The position numbers were made by a program, and so were the translations under genes. Positions 9,164-19,561 of a stretch of 39,315 bases of DNA are shown here, piece by piece. Location: assembly GCA_964608525.1 (NCBI GenBank), contig CAZSNJ010000003.1, forward strand, positions 1-39,315. Reading direction: 5' to 3'. How positions within the stretch are numbered: position 1 is the stretch's first letter; the number at the start of each line of letters is the position of its first letter. Source of the stretch: Candidatus Woesearchaeota archaeon (GTDB lineage Archaea; Nanobdellota; Nanobdellia; Pacearchaeales; GW2011-AR1). The notes below the pieces were generated by a model. It was not told the DNA's origin. It did not search any database and was given only the letters and a program-made list of their open reading frames with translations.

Positions 9164-11536
9164 TCAAACAATATTATGAGCAACAATTAAATCTTTTTCA
9201 AATTCTTTTAGATTCTTAGAAATAGAAATTCCTTTTATTTCAGATCTTAAACTTATACCCTTATCTTTTTTCTTTTTCCAAACTTCACTATTAAATTTCA
9301 TTAATTCATCAATCAAACTTAAATTAGAATTTATTTTTTTAGATTCTGGAAATTTTGATAAATCAATTTTCTTCTCTTTTGCAATAAATGTTGTAATTTG
9401 AGGGAGAATTGGATAAATTAAAACTAAAAATCTTTCAAGCAAAAAATGTAAAGCATATTTAGCAGATTCTGTTTCTTCTTTACTAAACTTATTTTCATTA
9501 TTATATGCTCTTGCCTTAACTATTTCAATATAGTGAGATGCAAATATTTCCCATAAAAATCTTCTAAGTTTTAAAGCTGGGTGATGAAAATCATAAACTT
9601 CATAAGATTTATCAAATTCTTTAGTTAAAGATTCTATATAATCAATAAATAACTTATCTAAATTATTTAATTTTGGTTTTTTCTTAGGCTTATTAAATAA
9701 CATTACAAATTTTGAGACATTTAATATTTTATTCAAGGTTTTTACTTCTGCCATAATTTTCTCTTCAGAACTTTTAAAATCCTGCTTTGTTAAATCTCCC
9801 TCAATTGAAGACCAAATTCTAATTGCTTCTGCCCCATAATCCCTTAAAAGTTTTTGCGGATCAATTACATTACCTAATGACTTTGACATTTTTCTTCCTT
9901 TTTCATCTAAAATATGTTGATTAATCCAAACATCCTCAAAACAAGCTTTTCCTGTTTCTAAATATCCTCTTAAAATTGTATAATAAAGCCATGTCCTAAT
10001 AATATCTTTTCCCTGCGGTCTTAATGTTGCAGGATAAGATTTTTTAAAGAACTTATCATCTGATTTGTATTTTAACATTACAAGTTCAGAAATTGAAGAG
10101 TCCATCCAAGTATCAAGAATTCTCTCTTCGCCAACCCACCTTTTATCTTTAAAATCTTTAACTTTTCCAATAATTTTTCCATTTTTTAAAACATCTGCAT
10201 CCTTATGTGGAGATTGTTTCCATGGAACATAGTATTTCCCCTGTTTTGGAAGAACTATTAAATTACCACTTTCAGATTTCCAAAGAGGAATTGGTGTTGC
10301 ATAAAATCTTCTCCTTGAAATTGGCCAGTCTATTGAAATTGATTCAATCCAATTATCTAAAATTCTTTTTGATTCTTTTGGATAAAAATTCATATCTTTT
10401 GCAATTTTTTTAATTTTATCCTTTACTTCCACTTGTTTTAAATAAAATTCAGGCATTTCAATAAACTCAATTTCTCTTCCTGATCTTTCTGAAATAGGTG
10501 TTCTATGGAATATTTTTGCCTGCTTTTTTATTAAATTTTTAGATTTTAATATTTCAATTATTTTTTCTCTTGCATCTTTTACTTTGAATCCTTTTAAAAT
10601 TCCTGCATATTCATTCATAGTTCCATCTTTATTTATTGCAATTTTTGGCTTAATTTTCATTTCCCTAAAAAATTGAATATCCGAGAGATCTCCTGCAGAA
10701 CACATCATAACAATGCCTGTTCCTTTTTTAGGATCTGCTAAGGAATGAGATTTAATTGGAATTTCTTTATTAAATAATGGAGTAATTGCAGTTTTTCCTT
10801 CAAGAGATTTATATCTCTTATCATCTGGATGGAATATAACCATACCACAAGTGCAAATTAATTCAGGTCTTGTAGTTGCAATAATAATTTCTTTTCCTGT
10901 TTCTTTAATTTTCCATTTAACATCATTAAAAGTTGATTCTATATCCTTATATTCTATTTCAGAATCTGCAATAGTTGTTTGAAGTTTTGTATCCCAATTA
11001 TTTATTCTTGTATCTTCATAAATAATTCCTCTTTTATATAAATCAATAAATGTTGCTTGAGTTAATAAACGGTATTCTGGAGAATCTGTATTATAAATTC
11101 CTCCAATATGATTCCCTTCTTTATAAGATGTAAACGAAATTCCTAATTTTGCAAATGTGTCTGACGTTTGTGAAGAAGTTTCATTAAGAAGTTTCTCACA
11201 ATATTTAATAAATTTTTCTCGCCCAATCTTAAATGGAGAAACCTTGAATTTCTTTTCTGCTGCCATTTCTATTGGAAGACCATTTCGATCAAGTCCTAAA
11301 GGGAATATTACTTCAAATCCTTTCATTCTTTTATAACGAGCAAAAAAATCCATATAACAATAAGTTATTGCCTGTCCTATATGAACTGGAGCATTAACAT
11401 ATGGAGGAGGAGTATCAATTGAATAAATCTCCTTTTTTGTTTTATTATTAAATTTAAATAACTCTTCTTTTTTCCATTTATCTGTAATTTTCTTTTCAAT
11501 TTCAACATTCCAATTTTTAATATTCTTTAAACCCAT
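9164..11536 (-). CDS. valS: valyl-tRNA synthetase (archaeal type)
   Basis: SIDTPPP, HIGQ, ATTRPE, DTWMDSS, RPQGKDIIRTW, KMSKS. Confidence 0.93.
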   Translation of the reverse strand: MGLKNIKNWNVEIEKKITDKWKKEELFKFNNKTKKEIYSIDTPPPYVNAPVHIGQAITYCYMDFFARYKRMKGFEVIFPLGLDRNGLPIEMAAEKKFKVSPFKIGREKFIKYCEKLLNETSSQTSDTFAKLGISFTSYKEGNHIGGIYNTDSPEYRLLTQATFIDLYKRGIIYEDTRINNWDTKLQTTIADSEIEYKDIESTFNDVKWKIKETGKEIIIATTRPELICTCGMVIFHPDDKRYKSLEGKTAITPLFNKEIPIKSHSLADPKKGTGIVMMCSAGDLSDIQFFREMKIKPKIAINKDGTMNEYAGILKGFKVKDAREKIIEILKSKNLIKKQAKIFHRTPISERSGREIEFIEMPEFYLKQVEVKDKIKKIAKDMNFYPKESKRILDNWIESISIDWPISRRRFYATPIPLWKSESGNLIVLPKQGKYYVPWKQSPHKDADVLKNGKIIGKVKDFKDKRWVGEERILDTWMDSSISELVMLKYKSDDKFFKKSYPATLRPQGKDIIRTWLYYTILRGYLETGKACFEDVWINQHILDEKGRKMSKSLGNVIDPQKLLRDYGAEAIRIWSSIEGDLTKQDFKSSEEKIMAEVKTLNKILNVSKFVMLFNKPKKKPKLNNLDKLFIDYIESLTKEFDKSYEVYDFHHPALKLRRFLWEIFASHYIEIVKARAYNNENKFSKEETESAKYALHFLLERFLVLIYPILPQITTFIAKEKKIDLSKFPESKKINSNLSLIDELMKFNSEVWKKKKDKGISLRSEIKGISISKNLKEFEKDLIVAHNIV

Positions 11537-11610
11537 ATTAATCTTACAGGAATTATTATTATAAACTTTTCTTACAAAAACCTTTTATACCTTTAATCTA
11601 TCTAAAGACA

Positions 11611-11769
11611 ATGGCAAAAGATAATAGTGTAAATATGCCTCAAGGATTTGGTGGACTTACAAGATTTAGTGAAGAATATGAAAGTATATTTAATCTAAAA
11701 CCAACCCATGTAATTGTATTCATAATCTTAATTTTAATATTTAGAATTTTTCTAGGAGTAATTTATTAA
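11611..11769 (+). CDS. secG: preprotein translocase subunit Sec61beta (not in ORF track)
   Basis: 52 aa MAKDNSVNMPQGFGGLTRFSEEYESIFNLKPTHV followed by a TM helix; directly upstream of nac. Confidence 0.85.
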   Translation: MAKDNSVNMPQGFGGLTRFSEEYESIFNLKPTHVIVFIILILIFRIFLGVIY

Positions 11770-11770
11770 A

Positions 11771-12103
11771 ATGTTAGGAGGATTAAACCCAAAAAAGATG
11801 CAAGCATTGATGAAACAAATGGGAATGGAGCAAATTGATATTGAAGCATCTAAGGTTATAATTGAAAAAACAGATAATAGTAAAATAATAATTGATAATC
11901 CTGCTGTTGCAAAAATAAGTATGCAGGGTAAAGAAACTTTTCAAATTACTGGAGAGATAAAAGAAGAAAACTCTTCACCCCAAATATCAGAAACAGATAT
12001 AAAAACAATAATAGACCAAACAGGAAAATCTGAATCCGTTGCAAGATCTGCTTTAGAAAAAACAGGAGATTTAGCCGAAGCAATTTTAGAATTAAGTAAA
12101 TGA
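11771..12103 (+). CDS. nac: nascent polypeptide-associated complex protein
   Basis: NPKKMQALMKQMG, FQITG, UBA-like GDLAEAILEL. Confidence 0.92.
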   Translation: MLGGLNPKKMQALMKQMGMEQIDIEASKVIIEKTDNSKIIIDNPAVAKISMQGKETFQITGEIKEENSSPQISETDIKTIIDQTGKSESVARSALEKTGDLAEAILELSK

Positions 12104-12193
12104 TATCTTTTTCAAATCTTGGATAAATATAAAAACCCTTTAATCTTAGAAAGTTATACTTCTAATTTAGATATTCAATAGAAGCTTAAAAGT

Positions 12194-12634
12194 ATGGAAG
12201 AAATAATTCAGGAAAAAATAAGTGCAGATCATCTCCTATATGTTAGTTTGAAATATACAAAAACGTGTGACGTTATAACTAACTTAATTATAAGATGGAG
12301 AAGAATGATTGATACAAGCATAGATGGAATAATGAAACATGCAAAAAAGAAAAAAAAGATTTCTTCAATACCATCAAACCCAATAAAGAAGATAGAACAA
12401 GTTAAAAAATTGTTTAAAAAAGATACAAATTTCTTAGAAGTAATAAAAATGTATGAAATGTTTAGAAAAATTGAAGAATTAAGAAAAGAGAGAATTGGAG
12501 AATTTAGAAAAAATGTTACGCTAAGAGTATTTTATAGAGGAAAAGAAATAAATATAAATTTGGAGCTATTAAAAATTTATGCTGATAGGTTGGAAAAGTT
12601 TATAAGTACTACAAAACAATTCCTTTTAAAATAG
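12194..12634 (+). CDS. conserved hypothetical protein
   Basis: 146-aa helical ORF (ADHLLYVSLKYTKT) upstream of minD. Confidence 0.7.
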   Translation: MEEIIQEKISADHLLYVSLKYTKTCDVITNLIIRWRRMIDTSIDGIMKHAKKKKKISSIPSNPIKKIEQVKKLFKKDTNFLEVIKMYEMFRKIEELRKERIGEFRKNVTLRVFYRGKEININLELLKIYADRLEKFISTTKQFLLK

Positions 12635-12664
12635 AAGGTTAAAACTTCTGAATTAAACTTTAAA

Positions 12665-13441
12665 ATGAAAAAATTAATTGTAATCACTTCTGGAAAAGGT
12701 GGTGTGGGTAAGACAACAAGTGCAGTAAATTTAGGTGCAGCTGTAAATCATTTTGGTAGAGATGTTTTAGTAGTTGATGGAAATTTAACAACACCAAATG
12801 TAGGAATTCATTTAGGTTCTCCAGAAGTTCCAGTAAGTTTAAATCATGTATTATCAGAAAAAGCAGATATATCTGAAGCAATTTATGAACATGAATCTGG
12901 AATAAAAATTCTTCCTTCTTCTTTATCAATAAAAGAATTAAAAAAAATAAACACTGAAAAAATGAAAAATCTTAAAAAAGATTTTAGAAAAATTTCAAGA
13001 TATGTTATTGTTGATAGTGCTGCAGGACTAGGTGATGAAGCAATATCTGTAATTAAAATGGCAGATGAACTAATACTTGTAACAAATCCTGAAATGCCTG
13101 CAATTACAGATGCATTAAAAACAATAAAACTTGCAGAACAGCTAAAAAAACCAGTTTTGGGAGTTATTATGACCAGAGTTAAAGAGAATAATATAGAAAT
13201 GCAACCAGAAACAGTAAAAGAGATGTTGGAAGTTCCAATTCTTGGAATGATTCCTGAAGATATTAGTATTCAAAAATCATTAAGCTTAAAAGATGCTGTT
13301 GTCCATACTCATCCAAAAAGTAAACCTGCAAGGGCCTATAAAGAAATAGCAGCAAAAATTGTAGGAGTAGATTATGATTCAAATCAAGATAGGGAAAAAC
13401 TAATTGAAAGAGTTTTAAAAAAATTAGGTTTGAAAAGTTGA
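12665..13441 (+). CDS. minD: MinD-family ATPase
   Basis: SGKGGVGKTT deviant Walker A, DSAAG, LVTNPE, C-terminal amphipathic helix. Confidence 0.88.
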   Translation: MKKLIVITSGKGGVGKTTSAVNLGAAVNHFGRDVLVVDGNLTTPNVGIHLGSPEVPVSLNHVLSEKADISEAIYEHESGIKILPSSLSIKELKKINTEKMKNLKKDFRKISRYVIVDSAAGLGDEAISVIKMADELILVTNPEMPAITDALKTIKLAEQLKKPVLGVIMTRVKENNIEMQPETVKEMLEVPILGMIPEDISIQKSLSLKDAVVHTHPKSKPARAYKEIAAKIVGVDYDSNQDREKLIERVLKKLGLKS

Positions 13442-13849
13442 ATTTATTTGTTTAAAAGGACGATTATTGCTTTTTCTTGGCCAAAACTTAACTTCAAATG
13501 TCTTTGGGAGAATTAGATTTTTAGATATTTTATATCCTTCATATTCTTTCCTTAAAAAAAGAGTTATATTTCTTTTTTTCTCCCTTTTTACAGAAATAAC
13601 TTTAACTCCCTTAGAAATAATCTTCTCTTCTATATTTTTTTCTTTTCCATATATAGCTCCGGGAACTGTTGCATAAATATCTGCTGGCCTAATTTTACTT
13701 GAACTAGATTCAGCACTAAACATAATAATATATTTTCTTCCTTTATACTCAAAAATCCTATCTCCAATATACTGATCTATTAGATTTCCATGTTTTAATT
13801 CTTCTTTTTCTGGTCGTGTAAAAGTCCTAAATTCTAAGTGTTTTTTCAT
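13424..13849 (-). CDS. hypothetical protein
   Basis: 141-aa ORF downstream of metG. Confidence 0.6.
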   Translation of the reverse strand: MKKHLEFRTFTRPEKEELKHGNLIDQYIGDRIFEYKGRKYIIMFSAESSSSKIRPADIYATVPGAIYGKEKNIEEKIISKGVKVISVKREKKRNITLFLRKEYEGYKISKNLILPKTFEVKFWPRKSNNRPFKQINSTFQT

Positions 13850-13873
13850 CTTTAGTATATCTTTTTATTATTT

Positions 13874-15292
13874 TTAAATCTTCCTAAACAAAATTTCTCC
13901 TTTATTAATCTTACTTATTTTTAATGGTTTTTTTATTGAATCTATGCTAATTTTAAATTTAAACTGCTTTGAAATTTTTTCTGCAGATTCTGGAATAAAT
14001 GGAAAAAGTAAAATTGTAATTATTTTAATTGAATCAGCTAATTCATAAAGGATTTTTTTATCTTTAGTCTCCCATGGTTTTTTATTTTGAACATATTCAT
14101 TACAAATATCAATAAATGCAAAAATTTCGTTTAATACTTTGTCAAACTCATAATTATCAAATAATTTTTCAATTTTTTTAATATTTAATTTTTTAGATAG
14201 TTTGTTTTTTGTTTTTTCAATTCCATTTTTCTCAATCAAACCAGAAACTCTTTGTATTAAATTACCTAATTTATTTGCGAGTTCATTATTATGACGATCA
14301 ATTAAGGCATTTTCAGAAAAATCCCCATCATCTCCAAAAGGTGTTGCTCTAAATAAAAAGTATCTGGAAGAATCAACTCCCGCAATAGAAATCAATTCAT
14401 CAATGTTAATCACTTTGCCACGAGATTTTGAAATTTTTTCTTTATTAAAGGTCCACCAACCATGTGCAAAAATTCTTTTTGGAAGTTTAAAACCCGAAGA
14501 AAATAAAAATGCAGGCCAATAAACCATATGAAACCAAGAAATATCTTTTCCAATCAAATGAATATCTGCAGGCCAATTTCCATTAGCTCCAGAATAATAA
14601 TTAAATAAGGCATCAAACCAAACAAAAGTAATATGCTTCTTATCAAAAGGCAGGGGAATTCCCCAATTAAAACTACTCCTAGAAATACTCAAATCATTTA
14701 GACCTTCCTTAACTCTATTAATAATTTCCTGTTTTTTATTTTTTGGAGAAATAAATCCCGGATTCTTTTTATATAAATCTAAAAGTTTTTTTTGATATTT
14801 TGAAAGTCTAAAAAAATAACTCTCTTCCTTTAATTTCTCAATTTTAGTTTTATGAATTGGGCAACAGTTATCTAGTAAATCTTTTTCAGTATAATAGGAT
14901 TCACATCCGGTGCAATAATATCCTTCATAATTTCCTTTATAAATATCTCCATTATCATAAACCTTCTGCAAAATATCTCTTATAATTTTCTCATGATCTT
15001 TATCTGTTGTTCTAATAAATCTATCATATTTTATATTCAATTTTTTCCATGCATCTTTAAACTTCGGAATTAACTCATCAACAAATTTTTTTGTATTTTT
15101 CCCTTTTTTCTTAGCCGCAATTTCAATTTTTTTACCATGTTCATCAGTGCCAGTTAAAAACCAAACCTTATTTCCTTTAAGCTTATTCCATCTAGCTAAG
15201 ATATCTGCTGCAATAGTTGTATATGCATGCCCAATATGAGGTATATCGTTTGGATAATATATTGGACTTGTAACATAAAATTTCTTTGTCAT
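13874..15292 (-). CDS. metG: methionyl-tRNA synthetase (short form)
   Basis: PHIGHAY, GTDEHG, Zn knuckle CTGC..CPIH, KISKS. Confidence 0.95.
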   Translation of the reverse strand: MTKKFYVTSPIYYPNDIPHIGHAYTTIAADILARWNKLKGNKVWFLTGTDEHGKKIEIAAKKKGKNTKKFVDELIPKFKDAWKKLNIKYDRFIRTTDKDHEKIIRDILQKVYDNGDIYKGNYEGYYCTGCESYYTEKDLLDNCCPIHKTKIEKLKEESYFFRLSKYQKKLLDLYKKNPGFISPKNKKQEIINRVKEGLNDLSISRSSFNWGIPLPFDKKHITFVWFDALFNYYSGANGNWPADIHLIGKDISWFHMVYWPAFLFSSGFKLPKRIFAHGWWTFNKEKISKSRGKVINIDELISIAGVDSSRYFLFRATPFGDDGDFSENALIDRHNNELANKLGNLIQRVSGLIEKNGIEKTKNKLSKKLNIKKIEKLFDNYEFDKVLNEIFAFIDICNEYVQNKKPWETKDKKILYELADSIKIITILLFPFIPESAEKISKQFKFKISIDSIKKPLKISKINKGEILFRKI

Positions 15293-15333
15293 AAGAAAAA
15301 GACATTTAGAAGATATAAAAAATTAACTATCCC

Positions 15334-15693
15334 TTACTTTTCATACATTCTAGCTACATAATCTTCAATAGAACCTTTTTGTCTTTCATATAAATTAGTA
15401 TCTCTTTTAATTTTATCTCCAATTTTTTCCCACTTAATTTCTTTCAAGGCAATTGGAGAATCATAAGTTTCAAAAAGATAACGATATTTAGATTCTTTTA
15501 CCTTTGCTTCGATATTTTTTCTTATAATAATAATTCCTGGAACTTGTTGTAATTGTTCTAAGAACTTATTCATAATTCCTCTCCTATTTTTATCATTAAC
15601 AATAATTATCTGAAATCTTCCATAATTATCTGTGTCTGGGGAGGGTTCCCAATTCCATCTTATATGTCTACTATTTTTAAAAATTCTTGTCAT
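15334..15693 (-). CDS. hypothetical protein
   Basis: 119-aa ORF. Confidence 0.6.
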   Translation of the reverse strand: MTRIFKNSRHIRWNWEPSPDTDNYGRFQIIIVNDKNRRGIMNKFLEQLQQVPGIIIIRKNIEAKVKESKYRYLFETYDSPIALKEIKWEKIGDKIKRDTNLYERQKGSIEDYVARMYEK

Positions 15694-15803
15694 AATAGAT
15701 GCATTAAATTATAGTTTAAAAGAATTTATGTCTTAAAGTAAACCCCAAATAATATAATTAAAATCATCAAAAACTATTTAAATAAAAGAAAATTCCATTA
15801 AAT

Positions 15804-16466
15804 ATGTTTGGGAAAAAAGAATGCGAAAAGTGTAAGGAAAAAGTAAATAAAAAATATGATTTTTGTCCTCATTGTGGGAATCTTATTAATGGAAATTATA
15901 AAAAAGATGAAGATTTAGGAATGTTGGGAAAAAATGATAATATGAATGAATTTGAAGAGTTATCTAAATCACTTTTTGGAGGCAGGGGCAATAGTATGCT
16001 AAATAAGATGCTTGGAAGTGCAATGAAAATGCTTGAAAAAGAAATGGAAAAAGAAATAAAAAGAAAAGATAATCAACCAAAAACAAATTTTCAATTATTT
16101 ATAAATGGAAAAAGATTAAATCTTAATAATTCTAAAAACCAACCTCAAGTAAATAAAAGGCAAAAAATGAAAGAAATCTTTTTAAATCAATTTTCTAAAG
16201 ATAACATAAAGAAATTCTTGAAGTTGCCTAGAGTTGAACCAACAACCAATATAAGACGACTTTCAGATAAAGTTATTTATGAAATTTATATGCCTGGAAT
16301 TAAATCAATAAAGGATATTTCAGTAATCAAACTTGAAAATAGTATTGAATTAAAAGCTATTTCAAAAAATAAATCTTATTTTAAATTAATTCCTATAAGT
16401 TTACCTATTGTAAAGTATGGACTCTTAAAAGATAATTTAATTCTTGAATTTGGAGTTAGAAATTAA
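15804..16466 (+). CDS. Zn-ribbon protein with HSP20-like C-terminal domain
   Basis: CEKC...CPHCG; Met-rich linker; C-terminal beta-sandwich-like segment (YEIYMPGI...IELKA...LILEF). Confidence 0.65.
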   Translation: MFGKKECEKCKEKVNKKYDFCPHCGNLINGNYKKDEDLGMLGKNDNMNEFEELSKSLFGGRGNSMLNKMLGSAMKMLEKEMEKEIKRKDNQPKTNFQLFINGKRLNLNNSKNQPQVNKRQKMKEIFLNQFSKDNIKKFLKLPRVEPTTNIRRLSDKVIYEIYMPGIKSIKDISVIKLENSIELKAISKNKSYFKLIPISLPIVKYGLLKDNLILEFGVRN

Positions 16467-16480
16467 TAAATTAAATAAGA

Positions 16481-16687
16481 TTATAAAAAAGAATAACCTA
16501 AAAGAGCTTCTCTTCGTTTTTCAATTTCCTCGCTTGTAAGATATTTTCCACGATATAAAGAAGATTCATCCCATCCAAATCTTGAAACAAGTTTTCTTTC
16601 TCTTTCTTTTTCTTCTTCCTTAGTGTGTTTAGGAGCTTTAGGAAATAATACTTTAAACTGATAAACAATGTCTTTTAATAATTTCAT
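16481..16687 (-). CDS. small hypothetical protein immediately 3' of tRNA-Ile
   Basis: ATG 16687 lies 10 nt after the tRNA end; the longer track start overlaps the tRNA. Confidence 0.55.
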   Translation of the reverse strand: MKLLKDIVYQFKVLFPKAPKHTKEEEKERERKLVSRFGWDESSLYRGKYLTSEEIEKRREALLGYSFL

Positions 16688-16697
16688 TTTTATTAAA

Positions 16698-16771
16698 TGA
16701 GCCCGCACGGATTTGAACCGTGGACCTCTGCCTTATCAGAGCAGCGTTCTACCAGGCTGAACTACGAGCTC
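16698..16771 (-). tRNA. tRNA-Ile(GAT)
   Basis: GAGCTCG/CGGGCTC acceptor stem, anticodon arm CTGCT-CTGATAA-GGCAG, T loop TTCAAAT; no encoded CCA. Confidence 0.95.
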
Positions 16772-16833
16772 ATTAAAAAAACAGATTAATCTAATTTAAA
16801 AAGTTTTTTAAAGCAATTTTCTATAAATTTATT

Positions 16834-17388
16834 ATGACAAAAGGCATGTATCACTATCTAAAACAGGCATGGAAAAAACCAGACAAAAAAACATTAAGAG
16901 AGAGAATGGTTGATTGGAGAAAATCACAAGTATTTACAAAAGTTGATAATCCATTAAGATTAGATAGGGCAAGAGCTTTGGGATATAAAAACAAAAAAGG
17001 TTTTGTAATAATTAGAATTAGGATTAAAAGAGGGGGTCATAAAAGACCAAGACCAAATAAAGGAAGACGAAGTAAAAGATTACATACTAGAAAAACCCTA
17101 AAAATGAATTATAAATGGATAGCTGAACAAAGAGTCTCAAGAAAATATAAAAATCTTGAAGTTTTAAATTCATATCCAATAGGAAAAGATGGAATAAATT
17201 ATTTTTTTGAAGTGATTATGGTTGATATAAATAGACCAGAAATAAAAAATGATAAAACAATAAACTGGATTTGTAATCCTAAAAACAAAAAAAGAGCAAT
17301 GAGAGGTTTAACATCAAGTGCTAAAAAATCAAGAGGATTAAGAAACAAACATCCAACTTCAAAAGTTAGATCTAGGAAAAGGAAGTAA
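16834..17388 (+). CDS. rpl15e: 50S ribosomal protein L15e
   Basis: RLDRARALGYK.K.G, IAEQRV.RKY.NLEVLNSY, RGLTSS.KKSRGL. Confidence 0.95.
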   Translation: MTKGMYHYLKQAWKKPDKKTLRERMVDWRKSQVFTKVDNPLRLDRARALGYKNKKGFVIIRIRIKRGGHKRPRPNKGRRSKRLHTRKTLKMNYKWIAEQRVSRKYKNLEVLNSYPIGKDGINYFFEVIMVDINRPEIKNDKTINWICNPKNKKRAMRGLTSSAKKSRGLRNKHPTSKVRSRKRK

Positions 17389-17429
17389 TCATACATAAAA
17401 TTTTTAAATAAACATTTCTCAATTAAAAA

Positions 17430-17987
17430 ATGATAAATCAAAAAGCACCTGAATTCAGCGCAAAAGCATTTCATGAAAATCAAATAAAAGATATTAATCT
17501 ATCCTCTTACAAAGGAAAATGGGTTGTATTATTCTTCTATCCTGCTGATTTTACATTTATTTGTCCAACAGAACTAGGTGATTTAGCAGACAATTATGAT
17601 AAACTAAAAGAAATGAATACTGAAGTATTAAGTGTAAGTACTGATACAGAATTTGTTCATAAAGCATGGCATAATGATTCAGAGACAATTAAGAAAATAA
17701 AATTTCCAATGATTGCTGATACTACTGGAAAAATTTGTAGAGATTATAAAACATATATTGAAGAAGAAGGAATAAGTACAAGAGCAACATTTATTATTGA
17801 CCCTGAAGGAATAATAAAGGCTTTTGAAATGCATGACAATAGTATAGGGCGAAATACAGAAGAACTTATAAGAAAAATACAAGCAGCACAATTTGTAAAA
17901 GAAAATAATGGAGAAGTTTGTCCTGTTAATTGGAAAAAAGGTAGTGAAACATTAAAACCAGGATTAGATTTAGTTGGAAAAATTTAA
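17430..17987 (+). CDS. ahpC: 2-Cys peroxiredoxin AhpC
   Basis: FYPADFTFICPTE and GEVCP motifs; C-terminal LDLVGKI. Confidence 0.93.
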   Translation: MINQKAPEFSAKAFHENQIKDINLSSYKGKWVVLFFYPADFTFICPTELGDLADNYDKLKEMNTEVLSVSTDTEFVHKAWHNDSETIKKIKFPMIADTTGKICRDYKTYIEEEGISTRATFIIDPEGIIKAFEMHDNSIGRNTEELIRKIQAAQFVKENNGEVCPVNWKKGSETLKPGLDLVGKI

Positions 17988-18011
17988 AAAGTTAAAATTA
18001 TTAAAATAAAA

Positions 18012-18389
18012 ATGTCAAAAACAGATGAAAATTTAAAAGCTGCTTTTGCTGGTGAAAGTCAAGCAAATAGAAAATATTTAGCTTTTGCAAACAAGGCTAT
18101 GGATGAAGGAAAACCAGAGATTGCACAATTATTCATGGAAGCTGCTGGTGCAGAAACAACTCATGCGTTAGGTCACTTTAATGTAATGGGCGGACCAAAA
18201 TCAACAGTAGAAAATTTAAAACAAGCTGCAGAAGGTGAAAACGATGAAATTGAAGAAATGTATCCAAGATTCATCCAAGAAGCAAAAAAAGACGGAAATG
18301 AAGCTGCAGTAAAATCTTTTGAAATCGCTCTAGAAAGAGAAAAACATCATAGAGAGATGTTTAGAGAAGCACTAAAAAAATTAGAATAA
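18012..18389 (+). CDS. rbr: rubrerythrin-family protein lacking the rubredoxin domain
   Basis: NLKAAFAGESQA, ETTH, EKHH di-iron ligands; 125 aa. Confidence 0.88.
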   Translation: MSKTDENLKAAFAGESQANRKYLAFANKAMDEGKPEIAQLFMEAAGAETTHALGHFNVMGGPKSTVENLKQAAEGENDEIEEMYPRFIQEAKKDGNEAAVKSFEIALEREKHHREMFREALKKLE

Positions 18390-18395
18390 TATATT

Positions 18396-19454
18396 CTAAG
18401 AAATAAGAATTATTGCCAAAGGTATTAAAATAAATGCAATTAAAATGTAAAGTGCCTTTTTTCTTGAAATTTTAATTATCTTTTTAGAAATATATTTTGT
18501 TGTTTTATGTAATAAATCTACATTTGGTAAGAAAATTAATGCTCCAATTAAAGCAAATAAAGCATAAGCAATTGAAGTTGCAAGAGCTGTTGTTTTACCA
18601 ATAATTATTGATGCTAAAAAAACATCTGAAGAAGTCCCTAAATCTGCACCTAAAATAAAAGGTATTGCTTTTTTTAAACTAATCAAACGTGAAACTGCCA
18701 AAGGAACAAGCAAACCTATAGTTATACTTGAAGAAAATACAATTGCTGTTAAAACAACTCCGATCAAATAAGCCTTATATTTTGAATCAAAATACTTATT
18801 AATAAATTTTTTAGCTTTATCTTCTCCACCAAGAACTTCTATAATAGATTTACCAATATATTTTAAAGTAAAAATCAAAATTATAAAAGCAAATAATAAC
18901 AAAGCAAATTTATTATTTTTTTCAAATAAAAAATTTATAATTGGGGAAGTTATTAAATCAACAAAATTAGGTATTTTTAATAAAGAGATTTTTTCTCCTA
19001 AGATAGATGCAAGAAAAAAAGATAATTTAGAAAATAATTTTAAATAATATTCTAAAAAAAAGACTATAATCACTAAAAATGCACCATAAATAGAATAGGA
19101 TAATGCGATCTCAAAACCATGTCTAAAATCTTTTTTTTGTTTAGTAACTGTTATTAAAGATATTATTAACGCAGTAATAGTTGTCCCTAAAGATGCTCCA
19201 ATCAAAATATAAATTACTGTTGGTAAATTAATCAAATTATTTCCTGCAAATGCAGCAGTAATTGTTGCAACTGCTCCAGAAGATTGAACAATTGAAGTTG
19301 TAAACCACCCCATAGATATTGCCTTTATTGGAGTTAAACTTTGTAAAAGATAAGTTTTAATATCGGGGGCAAGAAATAGTGATGCTCTCCTTATTAATTC
19401 TATTGAAAATATAAACAAATAGATATATGAAATTAATTTCACAACTTTTTTCAT
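18396..19454 (-). CDS. Na+/phosphate cotransporter family protein
   Basis: Repeated motifs IVQSS...GASLGTT and FSSS...GADLGT; many TM helices. Confidence 0.8.
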   Translation of the reverse strand: MKKVVKLISYIYLFIFSIELIRRASLFLAPDIKTYLLQSLTPIKAISMGWFTTSIVQSSGAVATITAAFAGNNLINLPTVIYILIGASLGTTITALIISLITVTKQKKDFRHGFEIALSYSIYGAFLVIIVFFLEYYLKLFSKLSFFLASILGEKISLLKIPNFVDLITSPIINFLFEKNNKFALLLFAFIILIFTLKYIGKSIIEVLGGEDKAKKFINKYFDSKYKAYLIGVVLTAIVFSSSITIGLLVPLAVSRLISLKKAIPFILGADLGTSSDVFLASIIIGKTTALATSIAYALFALIGALIFLPNVDLLHKTTKYISKKIIKISRKKALYILIAFILIPLAIILIS

Positions 19455-19561
19455 ATTGATATATTAAAAAATTATTATAAATATCTTTGGATTTAAGATA
19501 AATTAATTTTTATTAAGTTGTCTTACATAAACTATTTAAACCTTTTTTTTATTAAATTTAA

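Noticed and set aside
16688-16708. Extended N-terminus of the 16481 ORF
   Set aside because: It overlaps the 3' end of tRNA-Ile; ATG 16687 is preferred.
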